The notes: generated by a model from the letters alone, not told the origin. Shown: positions 26,107 through 40,030, counted from the first letter of the stretch. The stretch: DNA of 64,000 nucleotides from Eledone cirrhosa (GCA_964016885.1 OZ024741.1:283278001-283342000); one strand, 5' to 3'. Program-made: numbers and translations.

Positions 26107-26938
26107 GTCCAGTGACATTGTCTTAGAGAGATGTAAGTGTGCAAGGTCGGAACTTATCATGTCGTCCCAGGTTTTTCTGGGTCTACCTACTCCGTAACTT
26201 CCATCAATTTTGATCGCCCTGCACTTTTTTATACAACTGTTGTCTTTCATGCGCATCACGTAACCATACCAACGTAGTCTTCTCTCAAGTAAACAGCATC
26301 TTATTCCTAATTTCTCACTTAGTTCATTTATGTTTTGCCGTTTGCGTATATTACTATTACACATCCAATGGAGCATACATGCTTCATTCCTTTCCAGTCT
26401 GAGTAGGTCCTCTGCACACAATGCCCATGTCTCATTGCCTGTAACATTTCTGTACATATATATATATGTACATATCATCATCATCGTTTAACATCTATTT
26501 TCCACGCTAGCATGGGTTAGACGGGAATTGTCCCACTTGAGGCAAGATTGGTCGTGTGACCGTGTCTTGCTCGTATAGGACTATCTGGATGGTTTTCTAT
26601 GGCTGGATGCCCTTCCTAAAACCGACCACGTTTACAGTGTGGACTAGGAGGTTTTTACCGTGTTACCTAGATGGCCACATTACAGGGTGGACTGCGTTTT
26701 TTTGTTGTGACACCTACACGACCTCATTCATTTCAACTGGATGTTGTGGAAACAACATAACTTTACAGAGAAAGGGTGGTGTTGGTGGGAGTGGGAGGAT
26801 GGAGTAGGGGTAGTGATTTGGGTTGTATATTTGGTTAAGAGGTGCCAAATGATTGTAGGTTTCACTTTGTACATAGGCAAGGCGGGTCTTCTGTATTACT
26901 GCGTGGGGCCAAAGATCTCAGTCCAGTGACATTGTCTT
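26107..26938 (-). mobile_element. RTE LINE 3' region in two pieces (RT C-terminus 26107-26437; 3' UTR 26474-26938)
   Basis: ETWALCAEDLLRLERNEACML...GRPRKTWDD, plus a 3' UTR matching 7140-7500. Confidence 0.85.
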
Positions 26939-27146
26939 ATATATTTACATATATATGTACATATATATACATATGTACATATATACATATATATACATAT
27001 GTACATATATATATACATATGTACATATATATACATATGTACATATATACATATATATACATATAAATACATATGTACATATATATATATATATATATAT
27101 ATACATATGTACATATATACATATATACATATAAATACATATGTAC

Positions 27147-27178
<32 letters not shown>

Positions 27179-27422
27179 GTACATATATACATATATATAA
27201 ATTACACAATAATCAAAGCAATGTAAAACATCTCATGTATTTACATTGAGCTATTTTTTCTTACTGATAATAAGGTAGTAATAAATTACTGACCTTCCCT
27301 GTTTATAGTTGTATATAGTGTATACATAACTATCAATAATATTATTATACATATACATATATATGTACATACATACATATATATATATATATATGTGTAC
27401 ATACATACATATATATATGTAC

Positions 27423-27453
<31 letters not shown>

Positions 27454-27709
27454 CATACATACATATATATATACATACATACATATATATATATATGTAC
27501 CTACATACATATATATATATATGTACCTACATACATATATATATATATATATATATGTACATACATACATATATATATATGTACATACATACATATATAT
27601 ATATGTACATACATACATATATATATGTATACATACATACATATATATATATATGTACCTACATACATATATATATATATATATGTACATACATACATAT
27701 ATATATATG

Positions 27710-27740
<31 letters not shown>

Positions 27741-28060
27741 GTACATACATACATATATATATATGTACATACATACATATATATATATGTACATACATAC
27801 ATATATATATATGTACATACATACATATATATATATGTACATACATACATATATATATATGTACATACATACATATATATATATGTACATACATACATAT
27901 ATATATATGTACATACATACATATATATATATACGTACATATATATATATGTACATACATATGTACATATATATATATATGTACATACATATATATATAT
28001 GTACATACATATATATATGTACATACATACATATATATATATATATGTACATACATATAT
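26938..28060. repeat. Compound (TA)n/(TACA)n microsatellites (26938-27200, 27345-28060)
   Basis: Seen directly. Confidence 0.95.
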
Positions 28061-28704
28061 AAATCAGGAAAGAGGATTGACATGGTTTGCTATACAAAAA
28101 AGGTTTTTAATCTCATTGCTGACAATTGTTTCTCTGAACTGGTAGGTCTAGAGATCGCTATTCGCTTGTTTTCACGTTACTCGATCGCCAATACAAAATT
28201 ATAACCAGTCAGTTCTTCGGAGCATACAAGAATGAAGAGGATATACAGGCATGAAAGGAATATACAGGCTACATTGTTGATAAACACCGGCTTATCTTTA
28301 AAATTGATATAATACACCCTACGACACTCCTTACACGTCAACCTTATACTTCTGCTTCATGTCAGCTAGTTTTACACGCCAAAATCTTAGATACACTATA
28401 CCCCCACCTAATGTAATGTCAGGGTCTCCTCAAATAATTTATTACTAGCATTGTTGTAATTGTTCTAACTGAATGCCATTACTACTTCATATAGTAGCCT
28501 GTATATTCTTTTCTTGCCTGTGTATTCTCTTCATTCTCGCATGCTCCGAAGATCTGACTGGTTATAATTTTGTATTGGCGATCGAGTAACGTGAAAACAA
28601 GCGAATAGCGATCTCTAGACCTACCAGTTCAGAGAAACAATTGTCAGCAATGAGATTAAAAACCTTTTTGTATAGCAAACCATGTCAATCTTCTTTCCTG
28701 ATTT
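28061..28704. mobile_element. Foldback element: ~210-bp inverted arms, probable Penelope-like inverted pseudo-LTRs
   Basis: 28061-28272 is a near-perfect reverse complement of 28494-28704; each arm carries an outward-facing hammerhead-like motif. Confidence 0.75.
28535..28655 (+). ncRNA. Hammerhead-like motif (U4C core) in right arm of foldback; mirror copy at 28111-28232 (-)
   Basis: UGCU-CCGAAGA-UCUGACUGGU...ACCAGUUCAGA-GAA-ACAAUUGU-C/AGCA. Confidence 0.55.
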
Positions 28705-28924
28705 ATTATTACTCCAAGTGTTTACAACATAGGAATTACAGCATACTCGCAACATCACTATGACAACGCCTTGTTGAGTCAAACCAAGCCAAGCGTTGAT
28801 ATCATCCACTACCCGGAATAGCATAACTGGACTACACCTAAGTGGACTTCATATAACTATTATTTGTTACCCCGTATACATACATATATATATATATATG
28901 TACATACATACATATATATATGTA

Positions 28925-29980
28925 TCATCATCATCATCAGGTTTAGCGTCCGTGTCCCACGCTTGCATGGGTTTGGACGGGGGTTTTCCCACTTGAGGCA
29001 AGAGTGGTTGTCTTGCTCGCATAGGACTGTCTGGCGGGTTTTCTACAGCTGGATGCCCTTCCTAACACCAACCACATTTACAGTGTGGGGCTGGGAGGTT
29101 TTTACTGTGTTGCCTACACGGCCACATTTACAGTGTGGACTGTGTGTTTTTTTGTCGTGACACCTACACGATCTCATTTGTTTCGGCCTGGATGTTGTGG
29201 GACCAACATAACTTTACATTGAAAGGGGCGGTGTGGATGGGGTGGAGGTGGTGGGACGGGGGTCGGTTTTGATAGAGATGCCTACTGACTGTAGTAGGTT
29301 TTTACTTTGTATTTAGGTAAGGCGGGTCTTCTCTATTACTGAGTACCGCCAAAGGTCTCGGTCCAGTGACATTATCTTGGAGAGGTGTAAGCGTGTGAGG
29401 TCGGAATTTATCATGTCGTCCCAGGTTTTTCTGGGTCTGCCTACTCCGTGGCTACCGTCTATCTTTATTGCCCTGCACTTTGTTATACAGCTGTCGTCTT
29501 TCATGCGCATCACGTGACCGTACCAACGTAGCCTTCTCTCGAGTAAACAACATCTGATCCCTCTTATTTCTAATTTTTTCCTTAGTTCGTTTATGCTTAG
29601 CCGTTCACGTATATTACTATTGCACATCCAGCGGAGCATGCAAGCTTCGTTCCTCTCTAGTCTGCGTATATCCTCTGCACACGATATGCCCATGTCTCAC
29701 TGCCATGCAGCATTGCTGTTCGTATGCAGGCATCGTATAACCTGCCTTTTATTTTTAGGGAGAACCCTCTAGCGGCTAATAGTGGTATAAGCTCTCTGAA
29801 CTTTTTCCATCCAGTTCTGACTCTAGCTACTGTACTTTCAGAGCACCCTCCCCCACTGCTGATTTTATCACCCAGGTAACGGAAGCTGTCCACTATTTCT
29901 ATAGAACCCTCTGCGCAATTGAAAGAGCTAGTATTTTATGGGCACTTGCTGCTACTTATTGCACCAGAGCACCGGCCACA
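28925..29980 (-). mobile_element. 5'-truncated RTE LINE copy
   Basis: DSFRYLGDKISSGGGCSESTVARVRTGWKKFREL...IEKTRLT, very similar to 6545-7500; CAT tail at 28925. Confidence 0.9.
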
Positions 29981-30030
29981 TGTATATATATATATATATG
30001 TATGTATATATATATATATGTGTACATACA

Positions 30031-30640
30031 TGGTGGCTGCCAACTCGTTTTCGAGTACGGCCACTACTTTATATCCATGTAGGAGAACCCCTACCGATGC
30101 GCTGAACGAGTGTGACTTTTTAGTCCAGCCAGCGACTTGAAAACTCTAGTACAAACACTACACTTGTGACAATTATTGACACATAGTGCTGGGCCCTTGG
30201 TACCATGTGACGACAAGTGCAGAGAGATCTCCAGATATAAAGCAATGCCTGTGCCATGAAGCTTTTATAGTGAGCAAAGGCACTGCACAAAACCAGTCCC
30301 ACTCTCTTAACCAAGATGATATTTACCAAAAAGAAGAACAAGTCAACATCATTGGATACCATCAGGGTTGCAGGTGTTATATCAGAGTTTTCCTTCTCCT
30401 AGAATTCTGCCTTGACAAAGGCTAAGGGGTCATCTCTCCCGGTGATTTTGGATGGCCATTGACTCTTAAGAGCTCCTTTGCCCTTTGACAGGTTTTGTTT
30501 TTAGTCCTGCAGGATGTCCAAAGTCACCCTCCTCACCAAGAAACCTTGGTGGGGTTGCCAGTTTGGTCGCCAACGACCCGACCATGGGACAGGTTGTACT
30601 GGAATACATGTTACTAGTAGCACCAACTGGTGACCTGACA
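30031..30640 (-). mobile_element. Non-autonomous ~610-bp retroelement (RTE-like 5' UTR + stem-loop tail); near-identical inverted copy at 63045-63651
   Basis: Direct sequence match between the two copies; older relatives at 2391-3010, 3050-3345 and 46961-47415; no ORF; terminal hairpin then (ATGT)n. The RTE affinity and the orientation are inferred. Confidence 0.6.
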
Positions 30641-31506
30641 TACATATATATATATGTACATACATAAATATATATATGTACATACATACATATATATGTA
30701 CATACATATATATATGTACATGTATACATATATATATATGTACATGTATACATATATATATATGTACATGTATACATACATATATATATATATGTTCATA
30801 CATACATATATATATATATGTTCATACATACATATATATATATATGTTCATACATACATATATATATATATGTTCATACATACATATATATATATATGTT
30901 CATACATACATATATATATATGTTCATACATACATATATATATATGTTCATACATACATATATATATATGTTCATACATACATATATATATATGTTCATA
31001 CATACATATATATATATGTTCATACATACATATATATATATGTTCATACATACATATATATATATGTTCATACATACATATATATATATGTTCATACATA
31101 CATATATATGTACATACATAAATATATATATATGTACATACATATATATATATGTACATACATATATATATATATGTACATACATATATATATGTACATA
31201 CATATGTATTATTCTATGTACTATATTGACGAGTTGTAGTGCACCTGAGCACTTTACACAATAATTTCATTATTATTATTATTATATGTACATACATACA
31301 TACATATGTACATACATACATATGTACATACATATATACATATATATGTACATACATACATACATATATATATATATATGTACATACATACATACATATA
31401 TATATATGTACATACATACATATATATATATATATATGTACATATATATATATATACATACATATATATATATATATATACATACATATATATATATACA
31501 TACATA

Positions 31507-31547
<41 letters not shown>

Positions 31548-31755
31548 ATATACATATATATACATACATATATATATATATATACATACATATATATATA
31601 TATATATACATACATATATATATATACATACATATATATATATATATATGTACATACATATATATATATGTACATACATACATATATATATATATATACA
31701 TACATATATATATATATAGGTACATACATATGTACATATATATATATGTATATAA
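30640..31755. repeat. Compound (TA)n/(TACA)n array with a higher-order ~22-bp GTTCA unit at 30790-31105
   Basis: Seen directly. Confidence 0.95.
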
Positions 31756-33575
31756 GGTCACCCAGATAGTAAAGGAGATGCCCTAGATAGGGGAAACTAT
31801 AGAGGCATTAAATTGATTGACCAGGTCATGCAGGTCACAGAAAGAGTTATAGCGCAACTAATCAGAGAGAGAATTGATCTAGATGAAATGCAGTTTGGGT
31901 TTGTGTCAGGTAAAAGTACCACGGATGCTCTTTTCCTTGTATGGCAACTACAGGAGAAGTACCTAGCTAAAAGTAAACCCCTATACTTATCTTTCGTTGA
32001 CTTGGAGAAAGCCTTTAACAGAGTCCCCCGCTCCATTATCTGGTGGGCTCTTAGAAAACTAGGTGTTGATGAATAGCTTGTGAGAGCTATACAAGCCATG
32101 TATAAAGAAACAGTCAGTAAGGTTAGAATTAACAATGAATATAGTGAAGAATTTAGCGTAAAAGTTGGTGTTCATCAAGGCTCTCTCCTATTTATTAATG
32201 CGCTTGAGGCTATAACAGAGGAGTTCAAGACCAGCTGCTCATGGGCAGATGATCTAACGCTCATAGCTGAATCAATGGCTGAACTAGAGAAGAAATTCCA
32301 AACATGGAAGCATGGCCTAGAATCAAAAGGCTTAAAGTTAACTTGTCTAAGACTAAAGTTCTAGTATGTAGAAAGGAAAATAGGGTACAGGTACCCTCTG
32401 GCAAATGGCCATGCTCAGTGTGTAGGAAAGGAGTAGGCAGAAATTCCATATTATGTCCCAAATGCAAACTATGGGTACATAAAAGATGTGGGATCACAGG
32501 TAAGCTATCTAAGAATGTAGAGTTTAAATGTGACCGATGCTCAAGTGCAATAAGTAGTAAGTGCCCACAGGACGCTAGCTCCTTCTATTGCCCAGATGGT
32601 TCTATAGAAATAGTGGACAACTTCCGTTACCTGGGTGACAAAATCAGCAGTGGTGGAGGGTGCTCTGAAAGTACAGTAGCCAGAGTCAGAACGGAATGGA
32701 AAAAGTTCAGAGCTTATACCACTATTGACCACTTATGGTTTCTCTCTAAAAACGGAAGGCAGATTGTATGATGCCTGTATACGAACAGCAATGTTAGATG
32801 GCAGTGAGACATGGGCTTTGTGTGCAGAAGGATCTGCGCTGACTGGAGAGGAACGAAGCATCAATGCTCCTCTGGATGTGTAATAGTAATATACACGAAC
32901 GGCAATGCATAAATGAACTAAGTGAGAAATTAGGAATAAGAGGGATCAGATGCTGTTTACTCGAAAGAAGATTATGTTGGTATGGTCACGTGATGCGCAT
33001 GAAAAAGTGCAGGGCGATCAAAATTGATGGAAGTTACAGAGTAGGCAGACCCAGAAAAACCTGGGACGATTTGATAAATTCCGACCTCACACACTTACAC
33101 CTCTCTAAGACAATGTCACTGGACCAAGAGCTTTGGTGCTACGCAGTGATACAGAAGACCCGACTTGGCTATGTACAAAGCGAAACCTACAGTCAGTAGG
33201 CATCTCCTAACCAAATATATACCCTTACTCCACCCCACCCCTTACTCCCACCAACACCACCCTTTCTCTGTAAAGTTATGTTGGTACCACAACATCCAGT
33301 CCAAAATAAATGAGGTTGTGTAGGTATCACGACAAAAAAAAAAAACACAGTCCACGCTGTAATGTGGCCATGTAGGTAACATGGTAAAAACCTCCCAGTT
33401 CCACACTGTAAACGTGGTTGGTGTTAAGAAGGGCATCCAGCCATAGAAAACCTGCCAGACAGCCCTATACGAGCGAGATATGGTCACCCAACCAATCTTG
33501 CCTCAAGTAGGACAAATTCCCGTCTAAACCCATGCTAGCGTGGAAGATAGACGTTAAATGTTGATGATCATGATG
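31756..33575 (+). mobile_element. 5'-truncated RTE LINE copy
   Basis: RT motifs, PHD-like insert (KWPCSVCRKG...WVHKRC...FKCDRC), 3' UTR and TGA tail. Confidence 0.9.
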
Positions 33576-34329
33576 ATATATGTATATATATATATCTACA
33601 TATATATATATATGTCTATATGTACATATGTATATATGTATATATATGTATATGCGTGTATACATGTGTATATGTGTGTATATATGTATATATGTATATA
33701 TGTGTGTATATGTGTATATATATATATGTATATATATGTGTATATATGTATGTATATATGTGTGTATATATATGTATATGTAGCGAAATCTGTCCGCGCC
33801 TTGAACCTTGGGTGACACCTAAAGGTCAAATTCTAGGTCAACACCCTTTTGGTGTGATCAGGTTCATGCGTGGGCTGTCCCCTCAGGTTGGGGGACAGGA
33901 AGATCTTTGGTACCATGCAGTTGTACAGAAGACAACTGCCATTGCATATGGACCTACATCAGTAGGCATCTCTTAACCCAATGTACAGCCCACCCCATCC
34001 TCCCTTTCCTGTTCCATCCACTGTGTTGATGACACAACAGTCCACACTGTAGGGTGGTCGTGTAGGGGACATAGTAAAAAGGCTCCCAGTCCACACTGTA
34101 AATGTGGTTGGTGTTAGGAAGGGAATCCAGCTGTAAAACCGTCTAACCCATGCTAGCGTGGAAGATGAACATTAAACAATGATGATGATGATATATGTAT
34201 ATCAACAGTCACAACTCCAGGTAGAAGGAGCACCATGAAATAAAGTGTCTTGCTCAAGGACATAATGCATCACCCGGTTCGAGAATTGAACGCATAATCT
34301 GACGATTGCAAATTCACGCGCCTTCACTT

Positions 34330-35858
34330 AACATTGCTGATGCCCCAAAGAAAGAGGCCTGGAAATGTTACTATGAGAGATTGACGAATGTAGCAAATGA
34401 ATGGGCGGAAGAGAAACAACCCCCAATTTATCCAAAGGAATTACTATTGAAGTTGACAGTTTTAGGGTCAAAGACACAATCAAAGAGATGTAGAGTGATA
34501 AAGCTGCGGGACCATCAGAAATAGTTGCTGAGATGCTAAAAGTATCAGGAGAGGTAGGAATCAAACTAGTAACCTGTATAGTAAATCAAGTAATACATGG
34601 CAGAGTCATAGTTAATGACTGGTGCAGCAGCACAATCATAAATTGCTACAGGGGCAAAGGTAATGCTCTAGAAAGGAGCAAATATAGAGGACTAAAACTA
34701 ATGGACTGAGTTATGAAAGTGACAGAAAGAGTTATAGCACAACTAATTAAGGAAAGAGTCAAAAGAGATTAGATGCAGTTTGGTTTCATGCCTGGGAAAA
34801 GTACTACACATGCCCTCTTGTTAGTGAGACAAGAGAAATCTTAGACAAAAATAAGCCACTATATTTAGCTTCTGTTGATCTAGAGAAGGCCTTTGACAAA
34901 GTACCTTGATCTATTATCAGGTGCTCCTTAAGAAAATTAGGTATAGAAGAATGGCTTGTGAGAGCAGTTCAAGTTATACAGAGGAGCTCTCAGAAAAGTG
35001 AGAGTAGGAAATGAGTTTAGTGATGAATTTAAGGAATAGGTAGGATTTAATCAAAGATCACTTCTTAGACCATGGCTGTTTGTCATAATTGTTCAGGCCA
35101 TAATAGAGGAGTTTAAAATGAGCTGCCAATGGGAACTTCTCTATGCAGATGATTTGGTCCTGATAGCTGAAACCAAAAAAGAACTAGACAATCAATTCCA
35201 ATTATGGAAACTGAATTTGGATTAAAAATGTCTGAGAGTAAACTTAGCCAAAACGAAAGTGCTCATGAATAGGAAAGAAGATAGGACCGAGATTCCCTCA
35301 TGGAAGTGGCCATGCTCAATATGTAGAAAAGGAGTAAGCATAAACTCTATACAATGTACACAATGTAAATCTTGGGTACAGAAAAGATGTAGTGGGATAA
35401 TGAGTAGACTAACAGGAAGGGAGAACTTTGCATATAGAAGATACACAGGAGAAATTCTGTAGTGTGTGATGTTGCACGGTAGTGAATCGTGATGTGACTG
35501 CAGAGGACATGCGTAGACTGGAGAGAAATGAACCAAACATGCTTCATTGGATGTGCAATATAAATGTGTGAGAGAAAGGAAGAGCTTGGACAAGCTGAGG
35601 GAGAAGCTGAGTTTAAAAGGAATCCAAGGTGTTGTGCAGGAGAGGTGACTCCATTGGTATAGAGATGTGATGCGCATGGACAATGACAGATGGGTGAAGA
35701 AATGCTAGGAAATCCCAGTGGAAGGATGACCTAAAATCGCTAAGACTGACAGAGTAGATGATGAAGGAATGCGACAAGAGGAGAGATGCTGTGCTAAGAG
35801 GGATCTCCCTAACCCATGCAAGCATGGAAAAGTAAATGTAAACATGACGATGATGATG
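34330..35858 (+). mobile_element. Decayed RTE LINE copy (short-3'UTR subfamily)
   Basis: Fragmented RT (WELLYADDLVL), KWPCSICRKG..CTQCKSWVQKRC, TGA tail. Confidence 0.85.
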
Positions 35859-35934
35859 TTTCAGTCAACTAAATGTAGCATTTAATTCCTTTGTAGAGAA
35901 ATCTTCACCTGGTTACGACGTTCTTGAAAGATAT

Positions 35935-37510
35935 AGAAATCGAGTTTGGACAGAATAAATGTTCCTATATGATTGTAAAGAGGGGGGAAAACTCTTAGCC
36001 AATCCTAGCAACATTTCTATCAATATCTTGACTATTTCACTGATATCTAATGATGACTGCTACAGATACTTAGGGATAGATGTAAATATATCCTATGATA
36101 GTATTTGTAATAAAGTGCATGTAACTAGGGACTACTACACCCAAATAAGAAAAATATGGTCTTCTGGACTCTATCTGCACAATAAATCAGTTGCCCACAA
36201 TGTATTTGCTGTACCTATCCTGATACCAACATTTAGAATACTTCATTGGATGCTAGATGAAATCCAAGTCATCGATGTTTAAACCTGAAAAATTCTGACC
36301 AACATCAGAAATTTCCATTGTGACATAGACCACCTCTACCTGAAATGTAAACAGGAAGACAGAGGCTTAATATAAGCAACATTAAGCAAATCTATCTACA
36401 TGAGGCCAATATGATCATGAGAGTTGGGAAGGAGCTTCTTGAGAAATACTCCCTGCATGATAATCAAAAACTCACATCCAGGAAAATTGCACAGCAATAC
36501 CAAAATGAATCCATGAATGAAAAACTGCATACTTATCAACATAAAAGCATGCATGGCTATGTTGCCAGAAAGCTTCAAATTGAGAGCAATATAGATAAGC
36601 AAAGTAGTCTATCTTGGATCAACAACAGCTATATTGGTTCTCACTTTGAAGGATATGCTTTTGCAATCCCAGAACAGGAAATCAGTACAAAATACTTGAT
36701 TCACATAAGAGATAGGGATGTAGGCAAAACACCTAGATGCAGACTCTGCAGAATTAACATCGAAGATGTCACCCATGTCATAAGCAGCTGTCCAAAGATG
36801 TCATTATGGTACTATTTACCTGTGAGGCATGATGTAGTGGCCAAAACACTATACAATACAATTTGTAGAAAAGAATAAACATATAAAAGTTACAGCAATG
36901 TGGAAAACATACACATAATACGAAAGATGGAATGTTTCAGTCAAAATCCCATTAAATTACAAACACAACAAACCAGACATAGTGATATGGGACAGGGAAA
37001 ATAAGGCATGCATAGTAATAGAAGTGAGCTACCCAGCAAATATCAATATAATGCTAAAGATCAGTGAAAATGAGAACATTTATACTGAATTACGATGACT
37101 CTGCAGATACTCTACCCTGACTATACCTTTAGATTTGTACCTGTGATCATTGGGGCACTGGGATATGTTAGTAACTGCCTCAGTAGAAATCTTGAGAAGC
37201 TGGGCTTCACAGAACTAAGAAGAGTATGCCTAGTTAGGAAGTTACAAGTACAATCCATTAATGGAACTGTAAAAATATGTAAAGCACTCCAAAAATTCAA
37301 CATGTAAAAACTGCATGTACACATATATAGATACAGAAAGATATGCATGTGTACACGTATAACTCAAAACTTACAGATCCACATATACACTGATATCCAT
37401 ACCTGCAGCCCTCCACACACATACATACAGACATATGTATTTACCTAGTTGATGTCTAAATTTCAATGAAAAAATCTTGTTTCTATGTTAGAAAACAACT
37501 CTCTCCTTAT
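35935..37510 (+). mobile_element. Decayed R4/Dong-like non-LTR retrotransposon (RT thumb, CCHC knuckle, restriction-like endonuclease)
   Basis: YRYLGID..KIWSSGL..NK..AHNVFAVP; CRLC...HVISSC; RHDVVAK; KPDIVIWD..CIVIEV; VPVIIGALG. A 3' UTR remnant recurs inverted at ~43965-44060. Confidence 0.82.
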
Positions 37511-38124
37511 TGGAGAAAATTTTGGGATTACCCTCGTATATATACATACATACAAACATTATGCACACTTATAGAGAGAATGATAATATTAAATATAGAT
37601 TAAGTAGATTGTGATGAAGATAGTGATGATGATGAGGATGTTGATGGTGATAATGATGATGATGGTGATATTGATGATGATGATGATGAGGATGATGATG
37701 ATTATAAGAATGATACAGCACCACCATGGAGCCTTGTTAGGCTTGATTGTATCTACAGTGGTTTGGAGGAGATATAATCTTTATTGTGGAACCGGCTCAA
37801 TGGGTGGGCATACATAGAAAAACATAATGCCTCCATACACACATATGTTCATACAAAACATGCACTCAAAGATATAGATGTACACACACATACACACATA
37901 CAGACTTACATCCACAGAGACACATACAAACACACATGCCATACAAACACCACACATGCAGGCACATATAGACACAGATAGAGACAAACACATATAGACA
38001 CACACACACATACAGACATGCCTACTGACACACACATGAAAACTGTTAGACAGGCACACACACAAACACACACAAACACATACAGATATGCCCACACACA
38101 GACACACAGAGACACTGTACTCAC

Positions 38125-38598
38125 CCATTGGAAGATTAAATTGGTCATCTATGTCTGCCAGAGTCGGTGTCTTTCCACTTATTCTCAGGAAACCACTGCC
38201 AAACATTCCACCGTCTTGGTCATCTAAATCTGCTTCTTGCTCGGTGCTTTCTGAGTTTGGTGTCCTCGAATCTTCCCACTGAGCTATGGGTGCAGAACCA
38301 TCTTCATTTTCAAAGCGGTCCGTTGTTTTGTAAGGCGGTTTCCTATCCCGTGAAATCTTCCGACGGCCTGCGCTCACAACTGCACCACCTGCAGTGGCAG
38401 CAGCTGTTGCTGAAACACGACAAATGCAGGCTCCTACATCGCAGGATTTTCGGGCAAGGACCCAGAGTACTTTCAAAAGGACAGTGAAGTGACGACCCAT
38501 GTCAGCTAAAACAATCAATGCTAGTGGAACACCAATAGCTCCATAAATCATTGTGGCGATACGACCCCAATCAGTAGACGGTGATACATGTCCATAAC
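38125..38598 (-). CDS. K2P channel internal exon (GYG of P1, M2, long cytoplasmic M2-M3 loop)
   Basis: Acceptor ttttccattcag|GT TAT GGA completes G-Y-G; reads YGHVSPSTDWGRIATMIYGAIGVPLALIVLADMG...DDQFNLPM; donor ATGG|GTGAGT at 38125/38124. Confidence 0.93.
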
Positions 38599-39689
38599 CT
38601 GAATGGAAAAAAAAAAAAACACAAATGAAAATTAAAATATACTTCGTTGATTGGAAGAATCGGTAGTGTTGGACAAAATGCCATGCGGTATTTAGTTACA
38701 ATCCAACCATGACCATCCCGTCTTTTTTCATACAATTATGATAGAAAGGACATCCAGTCACAGAAAACAAAGAGACTCCTTTTTGTATTGTGGGTATAAC
38801 AGTCTCTTTTGTGTTGGTGCCATAAAACACACCCAGTACGTGCTGTAGGGTGATTAGTGACAGAAAGGGCATCCAGCCATAGAAAACTTCAGTTGTATCA
38901 AAGACATAACAACCTCTCTAGTGCTGGTTTCATCATAAAATGCACCAAAATGCACCAAGTGTGTGTTGTGTATGTTGTGTGTGTGTTATGTATGTGTCTT
39001 GAGTGAGTATGTATATATATATGTGTGTGTGTGTGTGTGTCTTGTGTGAGTGTGTGTGTGTGATTCTTGTGAGTGTGTGTGCCTTGTGAGAGTGCATGTA
39101 TATGTGTCTGTCGTATCTGAGTGTGTATATATATTTGTGTGCATTGTGTAAATGTGGGTGTGCAAGAGTGTGTGTTGTGTGTGTATATGTGTGTATGTGT
39201 GTTGTGTATGTATATGTGTGTTGTGTGTATATACGCGTGTGTTGTGTGAATATGTGTATATGATGCGTATGTATATGTGTGTGTGTATATATGTGCGTGT
39301 ATGTGTGTGTATATATGTGCGTGTATATATGTGCGTGTATATGTGGTTGTGCATGTGTGAGTGTATATATGTGTGTGTGTTTTGTTGTGTGAGTGTGTTG
39401 TGTGCATGCTCTTCCTTCCTCCCTCCCTCCCACTGCCTCAGAGGCCCTCATCATGGGCTCTACTCTTCCTTTGTTAAGGTATAAGAAAAAGCTGAGTGAC
39501 CTTGACATTAAGTCCAGTGGGAGTTAAACAGACCATTATAGGTGATGGTTACATACAATTGGACCCTGTGGAAGGTGGGTCTGAGGACTCTGCTCCCCAC
39601 AACCCTATCAGGAATAAGTGGGCAGAGGAAAAGAAGGAAAAGAGGCAAGTTGGGAAAAAACAGGACTTATTTGTATTGTGGATGCATAT

Positions 39690-40030
39690 AGCGGGGGGCT
39701 AGGATAGACTGTGGAGCGCTGGGATTGAGGGGGCAGGGATAGTCTGTGAGACTTTGATAGAGGAGGGCTAAGATATACAGATGGGGGGGGGGAGCTAGGA
39801 TAGACAGGGGTGCTGGAGTAGAATGAGGGGGGCAGATAGACTGAGCGGGGTTAGGATAGACAGGAGGGATGGGCTAGACTAAGGGGGCGGATAGAATGAG
39901 TGGGGTTAGGATAGACTGAGTGGGGTTATGATAGATTGAGTAGGGTTAGGATAGACAGGAGGGATAGGGTAGACTGAGGGGGTTGGGATAGACTGGAGGA
40001 GGGTGGAATAGACTGAGGGAGGGTGTGGTA
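39690..40030. repeat. G-rich ~19-bp degenerate minisatellite (ggatagactgagtggggtta) in intron 1
   Basis: Repeated ggatagac core with G runs. Confidence 0.8.

Noticed and set aside
37781-38124. Cys/Val-rich continuation of the 256-aa ORF, and likewise the 39926-40089 tail of the 205-aa ORF
   Set aside because: Read-through past consensus donors into intronic simple repeats.
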